Source of the DNA: an uncultured Planctomycetales bacterium
GTDB taxonomy: Bacteria; Planctomycetota; Phycisphaerae; UBA1845; PWPN01
NCBI GenBank assembly: GCA_964617025.1
Contig: CAZTVU010000002.1
Span: 1-54,853, forward strand
Direction of reading: 5' to 3'
DNA length: 54,853 nt
The notes below the pieces were generated by a model. That model ran no database searches. It had not been told where the DNA came from and worked only from the letters and a program-made list of their open reading frames with translations. Shown here piece by piece: positions 43,694 to 52,475 of this stretch (positions within the stretch are counted from its first letter, which is position 1; each line of letters starts with the position of its first letter). A program made the position numbers and the translations under genes.

Positions 43694-46600
43694 ATGTCAA
43701 TGGGTTCACGCGGCAGATTCGACGTCGGCGTCCTAGCGGCCCTGTGGGCGATTCTGCCGGCAGCGCTCGTCGCTGCGGCCGGTGCCGGCGGCGGCGATGA
43801 GGTCGTCGCGCGGTGGACGTTTGACACCGCCGCGGACGCGGATGCGTGGAACGCGGCAAACCACTGCGAGAAGCTGGGCGTCAAGGGCGGCGCGCTGCAA
43901 CTCCGGCTAACGGGCATCGACGCCTTCGTCATTGCCCCGCCGGTCCGAGCGCCGCTCGACGGCTGCGCGGTCCGCATCCGGATGCGGACGAACAACGGCA
44001 ACACGACGCAGCTCTACTGGTCCACGGACCGGCAGCCCGGGTTCGCCGAGGCCCGGATGATCTGGTGCCACACGCCGTCGACCGTAGACTTCCGCACATA
44101 CGACCTGGTGTTGCCCACGATGCCCGGCGCCGGCGACCACATGACCGCATTTCGCATCGACCCGTGCAACGGCATCACGGACGGGCTCGTCGAGATCGAC
44201 TCAGTGGAGGTCGTCCGGCTTGCCCCGGTCTTCGAAGTGGCATTTCACGCGACGGACGCCGTGGTTCGCCGCGAGACCGTTACGCTGCGGCTCTCCGTCC
44301 GGCAGACGGGCGGACGGGCGGCGGGAGGTGATTGCACGGCTGTCATCGGCGGCGGTCCGGCCCTCTCACGCAGGCTGGCGGGGGTCGGGCAGGAGTGGAT
44401 TGAGGAGGCGCCGGCGCGTGCCGATTTGCCCGGGTATCATCGCTTCGCCGCGAAGGTGTCGGCAGGGGGCGTGACCTACGAATTGGAGACCGGAGTCTCA
44501 CGTCTGGAGGACGACGGGGCTTCGCGGCGGGCGTTGGTGGCCGGCGAACGGCTGCGATTGGACTTGATTCCGGACGCCGGTGCGAGCGACCGCTCTTCCG
44601 CCGCGCGGCTCCGGCTGGCCGACGGCATGGGCGGCTGGATCGAGGCGGGTTTGGTACAGCCCCTCATGGCGATGATGGCGCGCGACGGCGACATCGTGCG
44701 GTCACGCGTTGTCGCGTTCACCATAGACGATTCGACGGGCATGTCCGGAGATCTCAGGGCCGGTGAGGGCGATTGCTCGGCTGCCTTCCGAGCTCGCATC
44801 GGCCACTGCGGGGGTCTGGAGTTTCTGGATGTGCGTGCCTCCGTCCGGGCACGGAGCCGCGTCGAGTTGCTCAAGTTAGCCTCCCCGACCGTCCTGATCG
44901 GCTGGCCCGGCGCCGCCGTCACCGATCGCTACGGGCTCTTCCCCGGTTTGGAGTTCCTCGAGCCCGGTTGGGAGAGTTCGAGCTCGCGGGCCGTCGGCGA
45001 GAAGTTCGCGAAGCGCTGGGCGCCGCATCCGCACAAGATCACCGTCCCACTGATGGCGATCGAGCAGAAGGGGGTGACCGTCGGCGTCCTATGGCAGCCG
45101 CTCGAGGCGTGGATGCCGGGCGAAGGCCGCGACCGGCCCGCCGCGACGTTCGCATCCCCGAACTTCCTGCACGGGCAGCCGAACTACCTGCTGGAGCTGT
45201 CGGTACCGGGCGTCGGCGAGCACCGGGATGAGAACCGGTCCTATGCGAGGGCTCCGCTGCCTGTCGCCGCCGGCGAAGAGGTCCGGCTGCGCAGTGCGAT
45301 CGTCGCCGCGCGGGACCTGCCGGTGGCGTGGTTTGCCCGCATCTGGTACGAGATTCTCGGAACCCCCGAGGCCCCGCCGGCGCCGCACGCGCCCGCGCGG
45401 ATGTTCGACATCTGTGCACAGAATTACGGCGAGACCGTCTACTGGCCGGAACAGAAGGGCTGGCGGCATCACATGTACCTCGGCGAGGAGTCGCGGTTCA
45501 TTCCCGAGAAGGCCGCCGTCCTCCTCAGCCATGCCGCCCGGACGGGCAATGACCGATGGGTCCGGTCGACGGGCATCGCCGGCCGCACGATTGTCGACGT
45601 GCTCGGGCCCCTCGCAAACCGACTGGACGCCGTGCCTCCGCACGTGCGAGGGGCAATCGATTCGCAGCGACCGGATGGCACCTGGGCGTTCCGGAACAGT
45701 CCGGAGATGATCGCGCAGGCCCGGAAGTTCTCCGGCGGCAAGTACGCGGACCTCGGCGAGGAAGGTTCAACAAGCCTGGGCACTACCGTGATGCCGGCCC
45801 TGTCGGTCCTGAACCACGCGCTGATCACCGGGGACGCCGCGTGTGCGAAGTCCGGCGTGCGGGCGCTGGAGGCGATGCGTCGGTTTCGCGTGCCTCGCGG
45901 GGCTCAGGTGTGGGAGGTCCATCAGCTCATCCCTGATGTCCGTGCGGCTGCGCTGGCGGTTGAGGCGTATCGGTTCGGCTACCAACTCACCGGCGATGCC
46001 CGATACTTGGACGAGGCGCACTACTGGGCATGGGCGGGTGTGCCGTTCCACTATGCGTGGAAGGTGCCGATCGACGGCATGCCGGCGCAGATCCAGGTCT
46101 CGCGTAGCAAGACCGACTGGAGCGACCGCCGGATGATGCCCGCCTCGGAAGGCTACGAGAATCCCCGGCGGCAGGTGATGCCGTACGCCACGATCCCGGT
46201 TTTCGGCACGACGTTTTACGTGATCAGTTGGTTCGGCACGGTCGTGCAGTGGTGCGGGCTTGAGTGGGCTTACCAGGTGCTCGATCTGCTCGAGTTTCGG
46301 CCGGACCCGCTGCTTCGGCGGATTGCCGAGGGCGTCGTGCGCTCGGGCGAGCAGCAGATGCTCGACCGCCCGCCGTGGGTGGGGCTCTATCCGGACGTGT
46401 GGGACCTCGGTTCGAACAGCGCCGTCGGCGCGTACATCTCGGCAATGCTGCCGCTGGAGTGCCTGCGGGCTTTGAGCGAGGCGCCGGCGGATACGAAGAT
46501 CTGGAGTCGGGTGTTCGACCGCCCGGGCGGGCGTATGCACGTTTCGGGCTGGGGCCGTCCGGTGAAGGCGGGGTGGAAGGGCAAGGTGCTGAGTGTGGTC

Positions 46601-46795
46601 GTCGACTTTGCCCCGGGCCAACCCAATGAGTTGTTGATCGTCAACGCGGATCGGCCGGCTTCCGTGAATGTGGCGGGACAGGCGATATCGGAGGGCGAGG
46701 AAGAGGGGCGATGGCAGTATCGCGCGGACCGGCGTGCGGTCGCACTGCGTTTTCGAAGTCCGGCGGCAGCGACCGATCTGTGCGTGGGCTGGTAG
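43694..46795 (+). CDS. Large (1033 aa) secreted/anchored hypothetical protein; N-terminal jelly-roll-like module, C-terminal region possibly alpha/alpha-toroid-like
   Basis: The ATG at 43694 follows GGGGAGG, with signal or anchor VGVLAALWAILPAALVAAAGAG. I recognise no family. The domain guesses rest only on sequence texture (ARWTFD...LQLRLTG...VEIDSVEVV; later helical W/Y-rich repeats). Confidence 0.7.
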   Translation: MSMGSRGRFDVGVLAALWAILPAALVAAAGAGGGDEVVARWTFDTAADADAWNAANHCEKLGVKGGALQLRLTGIDAFVIAPPVRAPLDGCAVRIRMRTNNGNTTQLYWSTDRQPGFAEARMIWCHTPSTVDFRTYDLVLPTMPGAGDHMTAFRIDPCNGITDGLVEIDSVEVVRLAPVFEVAFHATDAVVRRETVTLRLSVRQTGGRAAGGDCTAVIGGGPALSRRLAGVGQEWIEEAPARADLPGYHRFAAKVSAGGVTYELETGVSRLEDDGASRRALVAGERLRLDLIPDAGASDRSSAARLRLADGMGGWIEAGLVQPLMAMMARDGDIVRSRVVAFTIDDSTGMSGDLRAGEGDCSAAFRARIGHCGGLEFLDVRASVRARSRVELLKLASPTVLIGWPGAAVTDRYGLFPGLEFLEPGWESSSSRAVGEKFAKRWAPHPHKITVPLMAIEQKGVTVGVLWQPLEAWMPGEGRDRPAATFASPNFLHGQPNYLLELSVPGVGEHRDENRSYARAPLPVAAGEEVRLRSAIVAARDLPVAWFARIWYEILGTPEAPPAPHAPARMFDICAQNYGETVYWPEQKGWRHHMYLGEESRFIPEKAAVLLSHAARTGNDRWVRSTGIAGRTIVDVLGPLANRLDAVPPHVRGAIDSQRPDGTWAFRNSPEMIAQARKFSGGKYADLGEEGSTSLGTTVMPALSVLNHALITGDAACAKSGVRALEAMRRFRVPRGAQVWEVHQLIPDVRAAALAVEAYRFGYQLTGDARYLDEAHYWAWAGVPFHYAWKVPIDGMPAQIQVSRSKTDWSDRRMMPASEGYENPRRQVMPYATIPVFGTTFYVISWFGTVVQWCGLEWAYQVLDLLEFRPDPLLRRIAEGVVRSGEQQMLDRPPWVGLYPDVWDLGSNSAVGAYISAMLPLECLRALSEAPADTKIWSRVFDRPGGRMHVSGWGRPVKAGWKGKVLSVVVDFAPGQPNELLIVNADRPASVNVAGQAISEGEEEGRWQYRADRRAVALRFRSPAAATDLCVGW

Positions 46796-46815
46796 ACCGA
46801 CGAACGTTCGGGCCG

Positions 46816-47871
46816 TCAATTGGCGCTCGCGAGGCTTCGGCGGATGAGCTCGGCGCGGGCGATACTTCGCTGTTCGCCGTCCAGGATCGTTCCGTGCAGT
46901 TTCTGGAGGTGGCCCGGCTGCGTCTGGAGGAAGAGGCGGTTGACCGTGTCCAGCTTGAGCCGGTCGATCCGGCCGAGGCTGACGCCCATCCGCAGCGCCG
47001 AGAGCAGGAAGAGCGTCTCCTCGCTGCTGACGGCCCTTGCGTTCTCGAGCACGCCGAACGCTCGCCAGATCTTGTCGTCGAGCGCGATGGGCTTCTCTCG
47101 CACGAGCGTCTCCCGGGCCAGGGTCTCGTACTCGACGATTCTTGGGATCACGCGGTCCTTGAACTCCTCGATGATCTCCTCCTCCGTCTTGCCGAGCGTG
47201 GTCTGATTGGAGATCTGGTAGAAGTCGCCCAGCGCCTCAGTGCCCTCGCCGTACAGCCCCCGGACGGCGAGGTGCATGTCGCGGGCCGCCCGCAGGACCT
47301 TCTCGAGTTCGTTGGTGAGCTTCAGCGCGGGCAAATGCAGCATGACGGAGACGCGGATACCCGTTCCCACGTTCGTGGGGCAGGCGGTCAGGTAGCCGTA
47401 CTTCGGGTGAAAGGCGAATTCGATGCGATCCCCCAGGGCATCGTCGATGGCGGCGATCTGGGCCCACGCCTGCTCGAGCTGGAAGCCGCCGCGGAGCACC
47501 TGCATGCGGAGGTGGTCTTCTTCGTTGATCATCAGCGCCAGTTGCTCGCTCGTGGACAGGACCACGCCGCGGCAGCCGTCGGCCTCGGCGTGCTGGCGGC
47601 TGATGAGGTGGCGCTCGACGAGTACCTGCCGGTCCAGTTCGGACGTCTTCGCGATGTCGATGTAGAAAACCTCATGCCCTAGGTTCGCGCTGCTGATCCT
47701 TGACCCCAGCGTCCTCTCGATCTCCGCGCGCTGGGCATCCGAAGCCTTGCTGAGGAAAGGATAGCCCGCGATGTTTCGGGCCAGCCGGATGCGCGAAGAG
47801 ACGACGATCTCGGACAGCGGCCCGCCGCTCAGCCATTCGCCCGCCCGATGAGTCAGTTCATCGATGGTCAT
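46816..47871 (-). CDS. mcsB: Protein arginine kinase (ATP:guanido phosphotransferase)
   Basis: SSRIRLARNIAGYPF, EEDHLRMQV and LTACPTNVGTGIRVSVMLHLPAL. The ATG at 47871 overlaps the mcsA TGA (ATGA). Confidence 0.9.
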   Translation of the reverse strand: MTIDELTHRAGEWLSGGPLSEIVVSSRIRLARNIAGYPFLSKASDAQRAEIERTLGSRISSANLGHEVFYIDIAKTSELDRQVLVERHLISRQHAEADGCRGVVLSTSEQLALMINEEDHLRMQVLRGGFQLEQAWAQIAAIDDALGDRIEFAFHPKYGYLTACPTNVGTGIRVSVMLHLPALKLTNELEKVLRAARDMHLAVRGLYGEGTEALGDFYQISNQTTLGKTEEEIIEEFKDRVIPRIVEYETLARETLVREKPIALDDKIWRAFGVLENARAVSSEETLFLLSALRMGVSLGRIDRLKLDTVNRLFLQTQPGHLQKLHGTILDGEQRSIARAELIRRSLASAN

Positions 47872-48353
47872 TGCGATTCCAGGGCCTGTATCTTGTCGCG
47901 GATCTCCGCGGCCCGCTCGTAATCCTCTCGCTGCACGGCCGCGTTGAGCTCGCGACGAAGCCGCATCAGGTCGGCCTGCCGATTCCCCGTCGCCGCGCGG
48001 CGTTTGGGAGAGCGGCCGACGTGTTGCGTGCCGCCCTCGTGTGCGTGCTGGATCATCGGGCCGAGCGCCTTTTCGAACACGTCGTAGTCGCTCGGGCATC
48101 CCAGCAGGCCGTGATTGCGATACTCGACGAACGTCATGCCGCAGTCGGGGCAGCTCAGGTGGGCCAGTTCCTGCAGGCCCGACTGGGCGTTGAGGAAGTT
48201 CACCAGCAGCTCATTGAGCGGGACGTGCTGCTTCACGGTGATGCCTTCCTCGGCCGCGCATTTCTCGCACAGGTGCTTCTCCCGCTTCTCCGATTTGACG
48301 ATCTCGGTCAGGTGGACCGTGGCCGAGTGCTTCTTGCAGCGCTGACACAGCAT
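47868..48353 (-). CDS. mcsA: McsA-like protein arginine kinase activator (Zn-finger + UVR domain)
   Basis: MLCQRCKKHSATVHLTE...HLCEKCA...CPDCG...GCPSDY, and a C-terminal UVR motif LNAAVQREDYERAAEIRDKIQALE. AGAGGA lies upstream. Confidence 0.85.
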   Translation of the reverse strand: MLCQRCKKHSATVHLTEIVKSEKREKHLCEKCAAEEGITVKQHVPLNELLVNFLNAQSGLQELAHLSCPDCGMTFVEYRNHGLLGCPSDYDVFEKALGPMIQHAHEGGTQHVGRSPKRRAATGNRQADLMRLRRELNAAVQREDYERAAEIRDKIQALESQ

Positions 48354-48391
48354 TCTCGTAATCCTCTCATGCCGACATCGCCTGCCTCGAA

Positions 48392-48420
48392 ATCGTATGA
48401 CCGCCCTTCTCTGACGTCAA
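48392..48420 (-). promoter_or_regulatory. Promoter candidate for mcsAB: TTGACG-17 nt-TACGAT (the -35 lies within the TGACGTCA palindrome)
   Basis: Minus-strand -35 at 48420-48415 and -10 at 48397-48392, about 40 nt upstream of the mcsA ATG. Confidence 0.4.
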
Positions 48421-48498
48421 GCGACGGGTCTCCGTGCTTGCCCGTGCGCGTCAGGCGGCTTGTGGCGGGGCGGGGGCCGTGGTACAACTCGGCTCGCT

Positions 48499-49035
48499 AT
48501 GCCCGAGTTTTACCACGCGCTCATGGCTCCCTGGCGAATGGCCTACATCCGCTCGCTCTCGCCCGCGGGTGGCGACGGGGAGTGTTTCCTCTGCAAGTAC
48601 TGGTCGTCACCGGACCGGGATCGGCCGAATCACGTCCTGTGGCGGGGGGCCGGATGTTTCGTGGCCTTCAACCGTTTCCCGTACAGCAACGGGCATCTCC
48701 TGATCGCGCCCGGGCGGCACGTGCCGACGCTGGCGGAGCTGACCGACGACGAACTGAATGAACTCATCCGCCGAATCCGCGATGCTCAGATCCTGCTCAC
48801 CGAAACCCTGCGCCCGCAGGGCTACAACGTCGGGATGAACATCGGCCGCTGTGCCGGGGCCGGCCTGCCGGACCACGTCCACGCGCATGTGGTGCCCCGC
48901 TGGGACGGCGACACGAGCTTCATGAGCGTCGTGGGCGACGCCCGCGTCATCCCCCAGGACATGGATGAATTGTACGCGTGCTGTGCGGAGGCGGCCGCTC
49001 GGGTCGGCCTGCCGCCCCTCGCCGGACTGTCATGA
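48499..49035 (+). CDS. HIT-family nucleotide hydrolase/transferase (Ap4A phosphorylase-like)
   Basis: ECFLC...NRFPYSNGHLLIAPGRHV...GAGLPDHVHAHVVPRW (HxHxH histidine triad). The start is uncertain (48499 versus 48523), with no clear SD. Confidence 0.8.
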   Translation: MPEFYHALMAPWRMAYIRSLSPAGGDGECFLCKYWSSPDRDRPNHVLWRGAGCFVAFNRFPYSNGHLLIAPGRHVPTLAELTDDELNELIRRIRDAQILLTETLRPQGYNVGMNIGRCAGAGLPDHVHAHVVPRWDGDTSFMSVVGDARVIPQDMDELYACCAEAAARVGLPPLAGLS

Positions 49036-50165
49036 GTGAGGCGTCTCTGCGACCGTACGCCATTGCCCCGCACCAGTCTCGCGGGCGGCGGCATCCGGAA
49101 GGCGGCGGCGACATCGCCGAGCGGACCGATCCGTTCGCAGTCGATCGGCAGCGGGTCATTCATTCCGCGGCGTTCCGGAGATTGCAGTACAAGACGCAGG
49201 TATTCGTCACGCACGAGCACGACCACTTCCGCACGCGGCTTACGCACACGCTGGAGGTGGCCGATATTGCGCGGCGGCTGGCCGGGCGCCTGGGCGTGAA
49301 CGGCGTCGTGGCGGAAACGATCGCCCTCGCCCATGACCTCGGTCATCCGCCGTTCGGTCATGCCGGAGAGCAGGCGCTGGCGGCGCGGATGGCCGACCAC
49401 GGGGGGTTCGAGCACAACGTGCAGTCGTTGCGGATCGTCGAGTATCTGGAGCATCCCTATCCGCCGTTCCGCGGCCTGAACCTGACGCACGAGGTACGAG
49501 AAGGACTGGCCAAGCACGAGACGAGGTATGACCGGCCGGCGTGGCACGAACTGGTCGACGGTACGCGAGGGCCCCTCGAGGCGCAGATCGCGTCCCTGGC
49601 CGACCGAATCGCCTGCGATTGTCACGACCTTGAGGACGCGATTGGGGCCGGGTTCGTGCAGGAGCCGGAACTGGAGCAGGTCTCGCTCTGGCGTGCGTGT
49701 GCGGAGGCGATACGCAGGCAATTCGGCAAGTGCCCGCTGCCGGCCGTTCGTCGCCCGATCCTGGACGCGATCGAGGGCGCGATCCTGGACGACGCCGTTG
49801 CGGAGAGCCGTCGGCGGATTGCCGGCGCCGCCGTCGCAGGGGTGGACGATGTCCGGCGATGCGAGCGCGATCTGGTCGGCCTCTCGGACGCGATGGGCGG
49901 GCAGGTGGATGAATTGGAGCGGTTTCTGCTGGAGAGGCTTTACCGCCATCACCGGCTGATTCGCATGGACGACAAGGCGCGGCGCTTCATCTACCGGCTC
50001 TTCGATGCGTATCTGGAAACGCCCGGGCTGCTGGAGCCGCGCTTCGCCGCCCGGATCGAGGAGCAGGGGGCCCACCGGGTGATCTGCGACTACATTGCCG
50101 GCATGACCGATCGGTTCTGCCAGGACGAGTACAAGCGGCTGTTCGAGCCGTTCGAGCGGGTTTGA
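49032..50165 (+). CDS. dgt: dGTP triphosphohydrolase-like HD-domain protein
   Basis: DRQRVIHSAAFRRLQYKTQVF...DHFRTRLTHTLEV...LAHDLGHPPFGH...DYIAGMTD. The ATG at 49032 overlaps the HIT gene TGA. Confidence 0.88.
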   Translation: MSEASLRPYAIAPHQSRGRRHPEGGGDIAERTDPFAVDRQRVIHSAAFRRLQYKTQVFVTHEHDHFRTRLTHTLEVADIARRLAGRLGVNGVVAETIALAHDLGHPPFGHAGEQALAARMADHGGFEHNVQSLRIVEYLEHPYPPFRGLNLTHEVREGLAKHETRYDRPAWHELVDGTRGPLEAQIASLADRIACDCHDLEDAIGAGFVQEPELEQVSLWRACAEAIRRQFGKCPLPAVRRPILDAIEGAILDDAVAESRRRIAGAAVAGVDDVRRCERDLVGLSDAMGGQVDELERFLLERLYRHHRLIRMDDKARRFIYRLFDAYLETPGLLEPRFAARIEEQGAHRVICDYIAGMTDRFCQDEYKRLFEPFERV

Positions 50166-50177
50166 CCGTGCCGGGCG

Positions 50178-50489
50178 CTACGTCCCGCGGGCGAGCAGAG
50201 ATGCGGCAATCGCCTCGATCCGCCCGGCCAGATCGATGTCGCGCGCGGTGATTCCGCCGGCTTCGTGCATCGTGAGGTCGATCCGCACGCGGCTGTAGAC
50301 GTTCGACCATTCCGGGTGGTGGTTGCGCGACTCCGCCAGCAGCGCGACCTGCGTCATGAAGCCGAACGCCTCCACAAACGACCTGAACCTGTAATTGCGA
50401 TGGAGCTTGCCGTCCTGCAGCGACCAATCGGGCAGCGAGCTCAGGGCTGCCCGTATCTCGGCGTCAGTGAGTCGCTTCGGTGTTTCCAT
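50178..50489 (-). CDS. phhB: 4a-hydroxytetrahydrobiopterin (pterin-4a-carbinolamine) dehydratase
   Basis: [58 protein letters not shown]. The ATG at 50489 is 5 nt after GGAGG. Confidence 0.88.
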   Translation of the reverse strand: METPKRLTDAEIRAALSSLPDWSLQDGKLHRNYRFRSFVEAFGFMTQVALLAESRNHHPEWSNVYSRVRIDLTMHEAGGITARDIDLAGRIEAIAASLLARGT

Positions 50490-50585
50490 GGGGCCTCCGG
50501 TTGTCACGCGCCGGCGCCGTCGGCTGCGCCCGCGTCAGGCGAGCGTAGGCACCCTATTCGAGCCGGGCAAGCCGGCCGGGTGGAC

Positions 50586-51746
50586 TCAGTCGGACGTCGG
50601 CGTGCCGCCCGGGGGCGACCCGAGTTGCAGGGACAGCCCGGCCTTATGCGTGCGCTGCGTGTGTCGCCGTACGACTTCCGCGTCGAGGGTGACGCCCAGG
50701 CCGGGCCCGTGGGGCACATGAATAACGCCGTCCGTGCAGCGGATCGGCGGGGTGGTGACATCGGAAGGAAACCAGCGATCGCTGGCCTCGACGTCGGTGG
50801 GATAGCAGACGTTGGCCAGCGTGGCGAGATGGACGGCTGCCCATCCCCCGACGGCGAGTTCAGGCATCGTGCCGATCCAGCAGCCGACGCCGGCGGCGGC
50901 GGTGTCGCGCAGGATCTCGACGGCGGCGGTGAAGCCGGCGACGCGCTGAAGCTTGATGTTGATGATTTGTGCCGCCCCGCACGCGATCGCGGCCCGGACG
51001 GTGGCGGAATCCGCGGCGGACTCGTCAAGGCAGATGGGCGTCCGGCACGATCGTGCGAGCGCGGCGTGGCCCTCAAGGTCGTCGGCGGGCAGAGGCTGCT
51101 CGATCATCATCAGGCCGAAACGGTCCCAGGCGGCGAGTTGCTCGATGTTCGCCCGTCGGTAGGAGGCGTTGGCGTCGACCATGAGCGGCACGTTTGGAAA
51201 GGCATCCCGGACGGCCGCCAGCGGTTCGACGTCCCAGCCGGGCTGGACCTTGATCTTCACGCGACGGTAGCCGTCGCGCTCGAGGTGGCCGCGGATCCGG
51301 CGTACAAGCGTGTCCGTGCGGTCGTAGATGCCGACGGCAAGGCCGGATTCGACCACCGCGTCACCGCGGCCGCCCAGAAACCGGTACAGCGGGGTTCGTT
51401 GCGCCTTCGCGAGGAGATCGCACATGGCCGTCTCGATTCCGCATCGGGCGTACGGATCTTTGATGGATGCGGTGGCTTCCAGGAACTCGCGAGGTGTTGT
51501 GCGGGCCGTCCGTTGCAGCGCGGGAAGCAGACACTGTGTGAGGTCGTCCCAGCATGCCTCCGGCGTGTGGCGGCTGTAGAAGGTGCCGGCCATGGGCGAG
51601 GCCTCGCCGAGCCCGGTCAAACCGTCGCCGAGCAACTCGATCAGGACGGCGTCCTTCTCGGCCACGGCGCCGCTGCTGATGACGAACGGTTCGTGCAGGG
51701 GCAGGCGTACGTGCGTGAGGCGGATTTCGTCGACGCGGACGGTCAT
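50586..51746 (-). CDS. Enolase-superfamily enzyme (o-succinylbenzoate synthase / N-acylamino-acid racemase-like, MR/MLE family)
   Basis: The N-terminal capping pattern IRLTHVRLPLHEPFVISSGAV...GLGEASP, then KIKVQPGWD, MVDANASY and MIEQPL, which are typical metal-ligand strands. Confidence 0.8.
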   Translation of the reverse strand: MTVRVDEIRLTHVRLPLHEPFVISSGAVAEKDAVLIELLGDGLTGLGEASPMAGTFYSRHTPEACWDDLTQCLLPALQRTARTTPREFLEATASIKDPYARCGIETAMCDLLAKAQRTPLYRFLGGRGDAVVESGLAVGIYDRTDTLVRRIRGHLERDGYRRVKIKVQPGWDVEPLAAVRDAFPNVPLMVDANASYRRANIEQLAAWDRFGLMMIEQPLPADDLEGHAALARSCRTPICLDESAADSATVRAAIACGAAQIINIKLQRVAGFTAAVEILRDTAAAGVGCWIGTMPELAVGGWAAVHLATLANVCYPTDVEASDRWFPSDVTTPPIRCTDGVIHVPHGPGLGVTLDAEVVRRHTQRTHKAGLSLQLGSPPGGTPTSD

Positions 51747-51780
51747 TCCGCCGCCGAGGGTACCACACCGAGGCGGGTGA

Positions 51781-51789
51781 TGCTACAAT
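51781..51789 (+). promoter_or_regulatory. Extended -10 promoter candidate TGcTACAAT for folE
   Basis: TG at 51781-51782 and TACAAT at 51784-51789, about 38 nt upstream of the folE ATG. There is no good -35. Confidence 0.35.
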
Positions 51790-51826
51790 GCGCGGCGGTC
51801 GCGGGGGCAATTGGAGGCGTTTGCCC

Positions 51827-52411
51827 ATGGCAGCGGGAGAACCGAACACGTCGAGGGTGGACCGGGCACGCATCGCGGCGGCGGTGCGCGAGATCCTGAT
51901 CGCCGTCGGCGAGGATCCGGATCGCGAGGGGCTGCGGCAGACGCCGGACCGGGTGGCTCGCATGTATGAGGAGATGTTCTCCGGCCTGCGCGACGATCCC
52001 GGTCGGCACCTCAGCGTGCTGTTCACCGAGCAGTACGACGAGATGGTCGTGCTTCGCAGCATCCCGTTCAACTCGGTGTGCGAGCACCACCTGATGCCGT
52101 TCGAGGGCGAGGCGGACGTGGCCTATCTGCCCAACGGAAAGGTGGTCGGGATCTCCAAGCTGGCCCGCGTCGTCGAGGCGTACTCCCGCCGGCCGCAGGT
52201 GCAGGAGCGGCTCACGAGCCAGATCGCCGATCTGCTGATGAGCGCGCTCGCCGCCAAGGGCGTGGCGGTCGTGATGCGGGCGACGCATACCTGCATGACG
52301 TGCCGCGGCGTGCGGAAGCCGGGCACCGTGATGATCACCTCCGCCATCCGGGGCACCTGCCGCAGCGACGCCCGCACGCGAAGCGAAGTGATGGCCCTGC
52401 TGCACCCGTAG
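51827..52411 (+). CDS. folE: GTP cyclohydrolase I
   Basis: GEDPDREGLRQTPDRVARMYEE, SVCEHHLMPF, GISKLARVVE...RPQVQERLT and HTCMTCRGV. The ATG at 51827 follows GGAGG. Confidence 0.93.
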   Translation: MAAGEPNTSRVDRARIAAAVREILIAVGEDPDREGLRQTPDRVARMYEEMFSGLRDDPGRHLSVLFTEQYDEMVVLRSIPFNSVCEHHLMPFEGEADVAYLPNGKVVGISKLARVVEAYSRRPQVQERLTSQIADLLMSALAAKGVAVVMRATHTCMTCRGVRKPGTVMITSAIRGTCRSDARTRSEVMALLHP

Positions 52412-52475
52412 GTCCGCGCGCCCTGGTCGCCACGGCGTGGCGGATGGAAAGCGCGTCCGGTATACTCCGCCCGTC

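Noticed and set aside
45767-46819. 350-aa minus-strand ORF, and 46711..47682 and 47871..48761 plus-strand ORFs
   Set aside because: They are antisense to the 1033-aa protein, mcsB and mcsA respectively, with no motifs. The real genes on the opposite strands carry strong family signatures.
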